From the human T2T-CHM13v2.0 reference genome, Homo sapiens: a stretch of DNA of 64,000 bases. The notes under the pieces are model-generated. The model worked only from the letters and a program-made list of their open reading frames with translations, was not told the DNA's origin and did not search any database. Shown here one piece after another: positions 40,717 through 53,555 of the stretch. The first letter of the stretch is position 1. Each line of letters starts with the position of its first letter. The stretch lies in NCBI RefSeq assembly GCF_009914755.1, contig NC_060940.1. One strand, written 5' to 3'. The position numbers were made by a program, and so were the translations under genes.

Positions 40717-41576
40717 TGTGAGGAAACAAACACGTTCAGGCCCCGAACATTTCCGGTGCTGACTCAGCCTTAAACATTTGTGCCATAATGGAAAATATCT
40801 ATCTATTCTCAAATCCTGTTTTTCTCATAGTGTAAACTCACATTTGATGTGTTTTTATGAAGGAAAGTAACCAAGAAACCTCTAGGAATTAGTGAAAAAA
40901 GAACGTTTTTGAGGCCTGTTACTATATTGCTATAAGTTATTTATTATATAAAGTATTGTAAATAGAATAGTGTTGAAGATATGAAATACGTCTATTTTTA
41001 ATGGTGACAATTATGACTTTTAGTCACTATTAAATTGGGGTTACCTATAATAGTACAATTTGTAGTTGTTTCCAGGTTTGGCTAATAATCATTCCTTAAC
41101 CTAGAATTCAGATGATCCTGGAATTAAGGCAGGTCAGAGGACTATAATGATAGAATTAAATTGGTGTCACTAAAAACTGTCCCAAAGTGCTGCTTCCTAA
41201 TAGGAATTCATTAACCTAAAACAAGATGTTACTATTATATCGATATACTATGAGTGCTATTTCTAGAAAAAGTCTAGTGCCAAATTTGTCTTATTAAATA
41301 AAAACAATGTAGGAGCAGCTTTTCTTCTAGTTTGATGTCATTTAAGAATTGCTAACACAGTGGCAGTGTTAGATGAAGATGCTGTCTACAAGGTAGATAA
41401 TATACTGTTTGATACTCAAAACATTTTTCATTTTGTTTAAAGTAGAAGTTACATAATTCTATATTTTAAGTCTTGGGTAAAAAAGTAGTTTTACATTTTA
41501 TAAAGTAAAGATGTAAATGATTCAGGTTTAAAGCTCTATTTGACTTTTTTGTTGTTGTTTGAGATAGAGTCTTGCT
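40717..41576 (+). other. Retained AT-rich 3' UTR-like segment of the RHPN2 copy
   Basis: Unique AT-rich sequence directly after the stop codon, ending in a truncated antisense Alu stub. Confidence 0.65.
41297..41302 (+). terminator. Candidate polyadenylation signal AATAAA
   Basis: Canonical hexamer about 580 nt after the stop codon; use is not demonstrated. Confidence 0.3.
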
Positions 41577-42823
41577 AGTGTCAATAGCAAAAGCCTTCTA
41601 GCTATCTGCCTTTCAGGTACATGGTGGGGCATACTTAACTGTTTTCTCTGATGTTGGGCATAGCATGGACCTACTTGGTTCAATATCTGACACTATTTGC
41701 ATTTATTGACACTATCTGCGTTGATTTGTGCTATTTCCTGTGTGTGATTTGCACGTCTGTCATTGCTTTTTGTCTCTAGTTACTGCTTTCTTTTCCTGTT
41801 TGTCTTGTTCTTGTAGGACCCTTTCTGACTCTCTCAAGAGGGACCTTTTCAACCCCAACTCCCACTGGTCTAATCCTAACCAGCACCAGCTGGTTGGGAA
41901 GTAGAGCAGGAACTCTGGCTGCCCTAATCTACATGGTGCTCTCTGCTCCTGGGCAGGGGTGTGGGTGTTTTTATATAGTATTCTCTTGAGTATGAAATGC
42001 CTGAACAAAGCAGTGATTTGGCAAGCCTGAAGTCACACACTGGGGCTCGTAGTAACTTGCTTCTGCTAGCAACGTGAGCATTAGAAACATTTCCTGGCCA
42101 AGTAGCCTTGAATCAGCTAGGAGTAGGGGTGCAATGAGTCTGAGTTCACTTTGCTCAGGGTGACAAGGCTTTAGAGTATTGGTTAATTGTCAAACTCTTT
42201 TGTTTAAGAGACAAGGTAAACATTCATACATATATACATAGAGAAGCTTTCTAGGGTTACTTAGGCTTTATGTGATTACTAGCAGAAATGTTTGTATTTG
42301 CAAGCAAAGCTTATAAATCACCTCTTAGATATCTTTGCAAAATGAAGCTAAAACATGGTTTAAAGAATCAAAAATATAAGATATTTACAATGATTTATAA
42401 TTGAATCAGGAATGCATTTGGTATTTTTTAAAAGGAATAATTGGCTAAGATTTAAATTAATTTGCTTTCCTTAAAAACCCAGAGCCTAAACAATAGAAAG
42501 AAATAGGAACAGTTACACTGGGTGTGTGAGGGGTGGAGGGGGGGACCCAACTGGGACTGAAATTTCTTGGAGAAAATCTACAAAGTCGGCCAAGCACACA
42601 TGGATTGTGTGACTTCATTTAGTTGGAGGAGAACTGAGCAACCCGCTGATCTCAAATGTCTTTCCCCAGGAGAAATAATCTCTCTTGTCTTGGAATGGCT
42701 GTAGCACTGAAAGTCTATTCCACCCTTGGCACTTACCTTAATCTATGTGGTAATATTATCTCTTTTAGAAATGTTTTTATCTCTTCATTATAACAATTAT
42801 CTTTTTATATGCCTGACTTACCT

Positions 42824-42951
42824 AGGATGCTCATTCATTCCAGGTGGCCTGGAACAGTTCTGATTTGTGCCCGTTGCCATGGTTTAATTAATAGTGCCCC
42901 CTTTCACTCTCAGAAGTGTCCTGGCTTGGATGATAAATTATAAGGTACCCA
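42824..42951. mobile_element. Non-autonomous hAT DNA transposon (MER81-like)
   Basis: taattaatagtgccccctttcactctcagaagtgtcctggcttggatgataaattata matches the recalled MER81 core. Confidence 0.6.
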
Positions 42952-44764
42952 TAGTCTTATCCCAACTAAACAGAAAGTTCCTGTGTTAGTCAAGATCCCA
43001 GCAAGAAACAGAATATTATGTGGGGATTTTTGAAGAGATAAAAGTCCCTTTAATAAAGGGACTATTTACAGAAGTGTGAGCAGAGTTAAGAGCATCAAAA
43101 AAGGATGTTGAGGCACCAGGCCTGAAAAGGTAAAGGGAAGAAATGATGCCATTGAAGCTTACCTGGGGGGCACAGCTTTTGAAGAGGGGCTGCCCTAGAG
43201 AAGCCATAGTCCTGGAAGGGCTCAAACACTACAGAATGGGCCAAGCAAGGGAAGATATTCCCTACCACTGTCCTCCCACCCATCTATTACCTATCTGTGC
43301 CTTCTATTGGTTGAACCCAAATGCAAGCCAGAAGGCAAAGGAGCCCTGGTGATAAAGTTGGAAGGTGTTTGTTTCCTTGGGAAGAAGAGCAGGGAAAGGC
43401 AGAGAATGAATTGAGGGGGATCAGGGTATCTTGGGTCCTAGGGAAGTGGCAAACAGAAAATAAAGCTTCCTAAGGGGAGTCTCCTTGTCTTCAAGTCAAT
43501 TAAAAACACATGTGTGCACACACGTGCAAAACACTACAGGAAAGGCCATGATTGGCAAGACTTGGCAGCTATTTAAGGGAGATATTCTCTACAATGGGGA
43601 ACAAGAAATAAACTTAAGGAAGTTAAATTGCAGACTGAAGGTAAATAGCAGACTACAACAATATTATGCAGTATATGGTGATTGTCAGATTAATGGTGTA
43701 GGCCCTAGATGTTAAAGGAGTTTGAAGGATGAAAGATCACAATGGGCTGGAGCAATCTGAAAAAATAATTTATGGAAGAGGAGAGGTTTTCAGCAGCATT
43801 GAAATTAGAGCCAACTTATATGGGCAAGAAGGAGAGGTTGGTCTTCTTTGGGGCAATGGCATCAACAAGAGCACAGGTGTTAGCCTGAGACACAGCTTCC
43901 CATGGGTGGAGGGCTGGTGTTGTTTCTGAGATTTTCAAAAATCTTACAAACATTCCAGGCAAATACCTATGGAAGGGGCTAAAGGACATTAAATGGGCTG
44001 TAAGAGGTATAGGTTGTGGGTGGCCATTGATTCATTCCTTCAATAAACATTTATTGAATGCTTGGTATTGGTCAAGCCACTGTTCTGAGAGCTGCTGATG
44101 CCAAGTAAAATAAGACATGGTTCTTTCCCTTGAAGAAAGGGAATGGAAAAGGTAACCAAGGGAGAAAATAATTATTTTGCCTTGTGTCCAGATGAGGTTT
44201 TTCACATTCTTGGCTGGTCTTTTCACTCACTGCTTAAACTCTTTGGAGAGCCTTTACTCCCTTCAGGGGAAAGGATCGAGGCCCTTCCGATGTGGCCTTT
44301 TCTTGAGTCTCCAGCCCCATCTCTTACCACTCCTCCCAACACAGAGGTATGCACAGACGATATGCAAGCACACAGGAGATCATCTAAATGAGACTTGAGC
44401 AGAGAGTGATTAAGGAAGACTTCCTGGAGGAGGTAATGCAATCTGAATTCTGAAGTGTGAGCAGGGGCTTTGTAACGGTGTTTCCATTTATTTGTGTCTA
44501 TCCTGATGCATTCTAAAAAGGAAGTAAGATGGTTGGCTTAAGAAATACACAGAGCAGGATAAAAAGAAAATTAGGTAAAACATAGGGTGAGCTTATTTGC
44601 CTTTTATGTACACTGCTGCATTTGATTTCAGAAAAGCTTTTTAAAGTTGCAGTTTTATTTTCATTTTCCAGATGAGGAAGCCAAGACCCAGTGGTTGAAG
44701 TACCTTGCCCAGAGCACACAGTCTTGACAGGCAGTGGAAGCAGAACAGAACCAAGCTGGTTTGG

Positions 44765-44914
44765 TACCAGTCTGTGAGTTTTCAGCTGTGTGCACTAGTA
44801 TAAAAGATGTGCTTTACCAGTCTGTGAGTTTTCAGTTGTGTGCACTAGTATAAAAGATGTGCTTTACCAGTCTGTGAGTTTTCAGTTGTGTGCACTAGTA
44901 TAAAAGATGTGCTT
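44765..44914. repeat. 50-bp minisatellite, 3 copies
   Basis: TACCAGTCTGTGAGTTTTCAG(C/T)TGTGTGCACTAGTATAAAAGATGTGCTT x3 with a single mismatch. Confidence 0.97.
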
Positions 44915-45023
44915 GTGACTTCCGTGGCTTACCTCCCTGCATAGAGCTCAAGGCCTGAAGGTGCTGCACGGGGCAGTAAAGGATGGCTGTGCACTTTGAA
45001 GACTGAAAAGTGAGTGAAGGGGG

Positions 45024-45399
45024 TGTGTTAGTCCATTCTCACACTGCTAATAAATACATACCCGAGACTGGGTAATTTATAAAGGAAAGAAGTTAATTGA
45101 CTCACAGTTCAGCATGGCGTAGGAGGCCTCAGGAAACTTACAATCATGGTGGAAGGGGAAGAAAACGTGTCCTTCACATGGTGGCAGCAAGGTGAAGTGC
45201 TGAGCAAAGGGAGAGAAGCCCCTTATAAAACCATAAGATCTTGTGAGAACTCACGTTCACTACCATGAGAATGGCAGCATGAGGGTAATCACCCCCATGA
45301 CTCAATTACCTCCTACCAGGTCCCTCCCACAACATGTGGGGATTATGGGAACTACAATTCAAGATGAGATTTGGGTGGGGACACAGCCAAACCATATCA
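45024..45399 (-). mobile_element. THE1/MST-family MaLR solo LTR
   Basis: tgtgttagtccattctcacactgct...gggacacagccaaaccatatca, 376 bp, TG...CA ends. Confidence 0.9.
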
Positions 45400-48300
45400 G
45401 AGGGGAACTGGGAAAGGCATTTCAGGCAGAAGAGTCAGGGTGTTCAAAGCAAGCGGGGTGTGAAGGAGCATGGCATGTTGGAAGGATAGTAATTAGCTCA
45501 TGATGGTTGGGAGTGTTAAGAGCACTGCTGAGAGATGGGGCTGGAGACAGAAGCAAGGGCCACATCTGAAGGGCTTCATATAGCCCTTGGCCTGAAGGGA
45601 GTGAAAATTCTTGAAGGAGTTTAAGCAGTGAGTGACAAGACTGAGAATGTTAAAAACCTCACTTGTACAGCAATGTAAGCAAGTCTAGGTCGGGAGGAGC
45701 CTGGAGGCTAAGAGGCCAGTTACAGGGCTTGCTGCAGTCATAGAACAACAAGATGGTAGAAATGATAAGGAGGGTGTTAGAGTTTGGGAGCTATTATGGA
45801 GAAACATTAGACAGAGGTGGGCCCCTGGATTGGGGATGGGTAAAGGTAACAAATTCTCACTTGGGCAGCCAGCGAGTTGATGCCATTCATGAGGCAGGGA
45901 TGGTGGGGAAGAACCAGCTTGGTGCTTGAAGGTGATGAGTAGAGATGATGATGGTCATAAACAACTAATAAAGAAAATGAGCTTCACTTTTTTACCTTCT
46001 GTTCTGTCTAGTTGTTTAGTTTATTGAGGCCTTAGAAAAAAATATGACAGCCCCAGAGAAAATACTGTCAATAAAAGTTAAATGTATTTATTTTGATAAG
46101 ACATTGTTTTTATTGCAAAAGTAATATATACACAGACAATTTAGAAATTACAGACAAGCCAAAGAAAATGTTGTTACACAAATGCAATGTTACAATGACT
46201 TGTAACACTTTGGTGTGTATCCTTTTTTTTTCTAAGCACATATGTGTAAATATATGCATTTTTAAAGGATTTCAGTAATGTTCTCATGATTAAATATATC
46301 ATGCACATCCTTCTTTCTTTTCTTTCTTGCTTTTTTTTTTTTTGAGACATGGTCTAGCTCTGTCACCTGGGCTTGAATGTAGTGCAATTCTGGCTCACTT
46401 CAACCCCCATCTCTTGAGTTCAAGTGATCCTTCTGCCTCAGCCTCCCAAGTAGCTGGCACTACAGGTGTGCGCCACCATGCCCAGCTAATTTTTGTATTT
46501 TTTGTTGGGACAGGGTTTTGCCATGTTGCCTAGGCTTGTCTCAAACTCCTAGGCTCAAGTGATCCACCCACCTTGGCTTCCCAAAGTGTTGGGATTACAG
46601 GCATGAGCCACCATGGCTGGCACATGCACATCTTTCAATAACATTGGTAATTCTATAAGATCATTTTGGAGATTGCATGGTATTCCATTTATGAATGCAC
46701 TGTCTCCTGTTCAACTATGTTTCTGCTGAAACATTTAGGTTGTTTCCATTTTTGTTTTTACTATTACAAACAAGTCTGCAGTAAAGTAATGAAAATTTAA
46801 ATTTTCCAATTAACCTTTGGTTTTTAGTAGTGCAATTTAGTTTATGAAATTAAGTTTGGGCATGGTTTGTTTTTTTAAGTGGTTGTAGAAAGAAACAGAT
46901 TTTTTTTTTTTTTGAGATGGAGTCTCACTCTGTCACCCAGGCTGGAGGGCAGTGGTGTAATCTCGGCTCACTGCAACCTCTGCTTCCCGGGTTCAAGCAA
47001 TTCTCTGCCTCAGTCTCCCGAGTAGCTGAGATTACAGGCACCTGCCACCACACCCGGTTAATTTTTGTATTTTTAGTAGAGACGGGGTTTCACCATCTTG
47101 GCCACGCTGGTCTTGAACTCCTGACCTCGTTATCCACCTGCCTCAGCCTCCAAAAGTGCTGGGATTATAGGCGTGAGCCACCGCGCTTGGTGAAACAGTT
47201 GTTTTTAAATTGCTCTGAAAAAATATGTGGTCTCTCATTCTCATGTATGAGAGCAAACTGATATAAGGTATGGCTATTAAAAAGGAAGTATGGAAACTAT
47301 CTGTCAGTTGAGTCATTCTTTAACTTTCAGTGAGGACAGAGACCACATTTTCTAATGAGATTCCTTTGCTTTAATGACTTTTTCAGTGTCTCCCCAAGGA
47401 GCATACAAAATTTTGTCAATTCTTCAAAATGATCTACAAATTGATAAACCTCATGAATAATTGCAATTGTAGTTAAATTCAACTTCCTTTTGATTGTGTA
47501 CAATAAATTTTTTGCATACATCTTTAAAATTTTTTCCCTTAATTTAGCAGCAGACTTTGAGGATAGGAAACATATTATAGCTGACCTTTTTTAACTGATC
47601 ATTGCCCTTTTCCTCAGAGTTCCTACTGACTCAACTCTGTGCTAGGTGTCTGCTCTCTCTGCCCTTGTCAAGCCTCTAATAGTCAAACATCTGAAATTCC
47701 TCTTTTCCAGTGAAGATGCTGCAGAGTACTTGGAAGAGAAAAGGAGATATTTCTGGCTTGTCTGGACAAGGTTAGACCCCCGATAGCAGCAGAAAAGGGA
47801 TACGGGATGTCAGTGATAAATGGGTGGTCTCTGTTCAAACAATACAATGCATGCATTCTCCCATAGTGCTTGGAAAATCCCCAGTAGCTGTGTACTCCAG
47901 GCCATCCTGGTTGGATGTAGATACATTTCACCAGTCTCAGTACCCTTTTTCTTTCATAAATATCTTCTATTCTAAAAGAAAGTGAATAGAAAATACAAGC
48001 TAATCTCACACATAACCTAAGCGTAACATAAAGGAGAAATTTTAAAAATTTAATTTACAGTAAACATACATTTTAGCCAGATGCTTGTACTTATACCTAG
48101 AATCGTTGTGAATGTGACACCTACAAATGCAGACTGATACTGGAGTGATACATTGATGACTCAAATACCACAGGGGGCATCACCATTGGTATTGTAATTT
48201 TCCAGAATGATGAACTACAATGGGTTAAGTTATGTGTGAAGCAACATCCAGTTTTCCTTGCCTTTATAAAGTGCATTCCTAAAAATTCAGTGAAGCAACA

Positions 48301-49143
48301 TCCAATTTTCTTTGCATTTATAAATTGTATTCCTAGAAAATTCAGTGCATTTAAAACTACTCAAAAGTATTTTGTGTTTTATGTGTAAATTAAAGTTAGA
48401 TTTTAGGCTCACATCATTGTAAATAGGTTTTTCATCTACTTGAAAGACATTCAAAGCTCATGTCTGACATGAGACAGCTTTTTTTTTGCATGACTGACCC
48501 ACATATTATTGGGCATCTCTAATCCCAGGACCCCAGCAAGTTGTACCCCATTCATTGTTAGAGCCAAAATACAAACAAACTAGGCCGGGCGTGGTGACTT
48601 AATGCCTGTAATCCCAGCACTTTGGGAAGCTGAGGCGGGCAGACCTGAGGTTGGGAATTTGAGACCAGCCTGTCTCTACTAAAAATACAAAAATCAGCTG
48701 GGCGTGGTGGCATGTGCCTGTAATCCTAGCTACTTGGGAGGCTGAGGCATGAGCACTGCTTGAACTTGGGAGGCAGAGGTTGCAGTGAGCTGAGATAACT
48801 CCTGCACTCAAGCCTGGGCGACAGAGTGAGACTCTGTCTCAAAAAAGAAAAATAAAGCAAAACCCCCAAATATTGACAAACTTACAAATTGTCCCTTTAG
48901 GTGGGTATAATTCCCCTGCCTTCACCTCAATCACTGGTTAAGCAGCTCCTGACTGTTTTTCTTTTTTGGACCTGGGAGGATTTTCCTCTGAGGTACAGAG
49001 AATTAGGTCAACTTGAGTCTGATTTAAAAAAAGTATTTATGTTAAAAATTGTGCACATATACACAATTATATATAACACAATATATAATGTTAAAAATAT
49101 ACATATAATAAAAGTTACCATTTAAACCATTTTAAATGTATAG

Positions 49144-49512
<369 letters not shown>

Positions 49513-51247
49513 TGATCCAACTGCCTCGGCCTCCCAAAGTGTTGGGTTTATAGGCGTGAGCCACCACACCTGGCCTGTCTCTTGTTTTCTTAGGTCTTCT
49601 CATTGGCACTCATTCTGAGAATTGGTCTATTTCTTTTTTCTTTTTTTTCTTTTTTCTTTTTTTTTTTTTTGAGATGGAGTCTAGCTCTCTCACCCAGGCT
49701 GGAGTTCAGTGGCACGATCTTGGCTCACAGCAACCTCTGTCTCCCTAGTTCAAGTGATTCTTCTGCCTCAGCCTCCCAAGTAGCTGGGATTACAGGCAGC
49801 CGCCACCATGCCCAGCTAATTTTTGTATTTTTAGTAGAGACAGGGTTTCATTGTGTTGCCAGGCTGGTCTCGAGCTCCTGACCTTGTGATCCACCCACCT
49901 CACCCTCCCAGAGTGCTGGGATTACAAGCATGAGCTACTGCTCCCGGCCTGGTCTGTTTCTTGATTCTGATTAGGCCAGGTTTGTGACTCAACTTTTTGT
50001 CTCTGGTGAGGCTGTCATGCTCTGAGCTCTGCTTGTGCTGCTGACCATGCCTCTGCCCCCAGCCATATGGTAACCACACATGGCACCACCTCTCCGGCAG
50101 GCCCGGGCCTCCCCAGCTCTGTGGCTGTGTCCAGGACTGAGTCGCCCTATGACTCCTCTTCACTCTCCCTTCTGGAAAATTCATCTTTTCCTTGGCAGGT
50201 TACATCATAATTTCATATTCATTTGATCACTTCAGACATCCTATATTCAACTGTACAGTCCTGTTTTGTCTACACTTGTCTATCTGAAATCCTATGTTAT
50301 TAGGCTGTGTGTCTGTTAGAAGAGGCAACTTGGCAGTGTGGAAAGAGCATTAGAACTGGAATCAGAGGACAGTGAGTAAAAAGTGAGAGGGCTGATCACT
50401 AGATAATCTGCAGCTTCAAAGAAAAAGTTAATACATTAATTTGTATAAAATATCATATCTGCCTACCTCATAGAACCTTCATAAGAATTGAATGCAAGTG
50501 AAAAATCGTAAAAGCATAAGGCATTATTATATAGCCCTTACTGTAATAAAAGATGCATAATACATGCTTTTTAAATGACAAAAGATATAATGGCATACAC
50601 TACTAATTGGTAAAGAACATAAGGCTGGATAATAGAATCTGCAAACCCAGATATAGGCTGTTTTATTTAGTAGGGATGTAGTCTTCAATAAATGTTAAAT
50701 GAACATATGTGCTCCAGAAAAGTTATTCAAAACCTTCATTTGGGGGTATTTAAAAGACAGTAACTCTCAGATATTTAGTGCTTGGAAGTCCACATAGATG
50801 TTCTGGAGCGTCAGCAGATGTGTGAGGTTGATTTCTGCCTGTTGTCATGAGAACACAGCTTGTCTTTATTGGCCTTTAGGAACATGACCCTAAAAATCAG
50901 CCTGACAGTGATATTCTTCTATGAAAAGAGAGACTACTACCCAAAGGAGCTCTAACAGGAGACCTGAGGAGTCAGATATGATCAGATGATCTGTTTCCAT
51001 TTACAGAGTCCTGAAAATCTTTGAGGCTGGTAGCCGCAAGTCATAGTTCCAGCCAGTGCTGTGCTGAGCCATGTTGCAAAAGGAAGGATGTGTACTACAT
51101 ACTATATAACTGGATACATGATTTTACGTATTTTTAAAACCAGTTATTGGCGGCCAGGCGCAGTGGCTCATACCTGTAATCCCAGCACTTTGGGAGGCCG
51201 AGGCAGGTGGATCACCTGAGGTCAGGAGTTCATGACCAGCCTGGCTA

Positions 51248-51460
<213 letters not shown>

Positions 51461-53017
51461 TTAGATAAAAATATCACCTATGAGTTTGCTTCCATTAAAA
51501 CCAGCAAAATAAATTTATAGTAAATTCTGATTTTGGTATAAATCAAATACTTAATGTGAGTTTTAATATATCTACTTTTCAATTGTTTCAATATTTTAAA
51601 ACTAGTGTTCTGAAAAAATTGATATCTGCTTAAGGTATTATTTTTATTTTATTTTATTTTTTTTGAGATGGAGTCTCACTCTGTCGCCCAGGCTGGAATG
51701 CAGTGGCGCAAACTTGCAAGCTCCGCCTCCCGGGTTCACTCCATTTTCCTCCTCAGCCTCCTGAGTAGCTGGGACTACAGGCGCCCGCCACTGCGCCCAG
51801 CTAATTTTTTTCGTATTTTTAGTAGAGACGGGGTTTCACCGTGTTAGCCAGAATGTTCTCAATCTCCTGACCTCATGATCCATCTGCCTCGGCCTCCCAA
51901 AGTGCTGGGATTACAGGCGTGAGCCACCGCGCCCGGCCAAGGTATTATTACATAGAATTTATCATAATTAAACATCAAAAATACATAAAAAACATGTGAA
52001 TAGGGTTGTATGTTTTTCTGTTGTAGGCTCCAATATGGCTTAACATGGCACTATCAGTTCTTGTTTTCATTTAAAATGTTATTTTGTTCTTTATGGATTT
52101 TTGCATTAATTTAGATTTTAAAAAATATTATATTAAAATATTATTTATCTTGACGACTGAGTTTTTGTGCCCCGCCCCTTATATTTTCTGCCTGAGGTTA
52201 GTGTTTCACTTGCCTGAACCTGTTCCTGGCCCTGGTCCCAACCCTCTATCCCAACAAACTATAATACAAAAACTGCTACAGGAATGAAAACTGTGCTCAC
52301 TACGCTAGAGGAGATATTCAAATCCAACTAATTTCTCCACAATCCAAGTGAGTCCAGGAAGCAACATGTCAAGTGGGGCAGGGAATGTGAGCTTTAGGGC
52401 TAGACAGATCTGGAATTAAATCCTGCCTTGCCTCCTTATGAGTCTGAGTAATTACTTACCCAGTCTGAGCCTGTTTGCTTATTTTTAAAAGGATCAGTCA
52501 TTTTTTAGTGAGAGTTAAACGAGATCGCTTGTGTAAAGCCTCTGTATTCAATGAATGTCCACCTGTCTGCTTCCCTATTTTAGAAATAGTAGATTGACTC
52601 ACAAACACTGAGTTGCCCAAAGACTTGCTCCCGGAAGTGCTGGCATTGAAATTTGAACCCAGGTGTAGAGAAAGTCCCATGCTCTTCTCACTAAATTGCA
52701 CTAATTCTAGCTGCTGCAGGGTTGCGTCTTTCTAAGGACATAATTCCTAGTTATACCAGCTACATCCCAGAGAACTTGGATAAGCAGCTCTGGAGCAGAG
52801 GTGGAATATGTAGCCCTTTGACCCGGCCATATACCACCAAAATATAAACATCAATGCAGAAATTAATGCCATCTCCTCTTTCTGACTCTACAAATATTTA
52901 TTAGCAAGGGATAAGATTTCCGAAAGATCTGAAGAGAGTCAAGAAACTTTTTTCCCCCCTTTTCTTTAGAGGCAAGATCTCACCACGTTTTCTGGGCCAG
53001 TCTCGAACTCCTGGCCT

Positions 53018-53555
53018 TGTTACCATGGCAAATCCCACAGGTCTGCAGCAACCTCAATTCTCGTTTCCTCAGAAGAAATAATTTGACTGAGGGGCAGAAG
53101 GCAGAAGGAGATACTGAGGCAAGTTTTAGAGCAGAAGTGAAAGTTTATTAAAAAACTTCAGAGCAGGAATGAAAGGGAGGAAAACATACTTGGAAGAGGG
53201 CCAAGTGGGTGACCTGAAAGACAAGTGTGTGGTTTGACCTTTTGATTTGGGGTTTTATACATCAGCATACTTCCAGGATCTTGGGTTACTTCTCCCCACT
53301 CCTGAAAGCTTATCCAGAAGTTGATCAGTTTCAGGTGTTTTCTATTTATTGGGAGCCTGCCTTTCCCTAGCACCGGCTGGGACCAATTATTACTTTAGAG
53401 AGACAGTTAACAACCCCCTCGCCTGCCCAAGACTCCTGGGTTGGGGATGGGGGAACCCTCTCCTGCCCATTCCTTTCCTCTCCTGCCGACTCCTCGCCTC
53501 TCCTGCCCTGCCCTGCCCTGCTCCACCCATGTCTGACTAGCTACTTACTGTAACA
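53018..53555 (-). mobile_element. Solo ERV1-class LTR (MER50-like; family tentative) inserted into an Alu monomer
   Basis: TGTTAC...GTAACA ends; 4-bp TSD GCCT at 53014-53017 and 53556-53559; the Alu sequence resumes after it. Confidence 0.8.

Noticed and set aside
44765-44914. CRISPR-like array
   Set aside because: Contiguous identical units with no unique spacers, in primate DNA.
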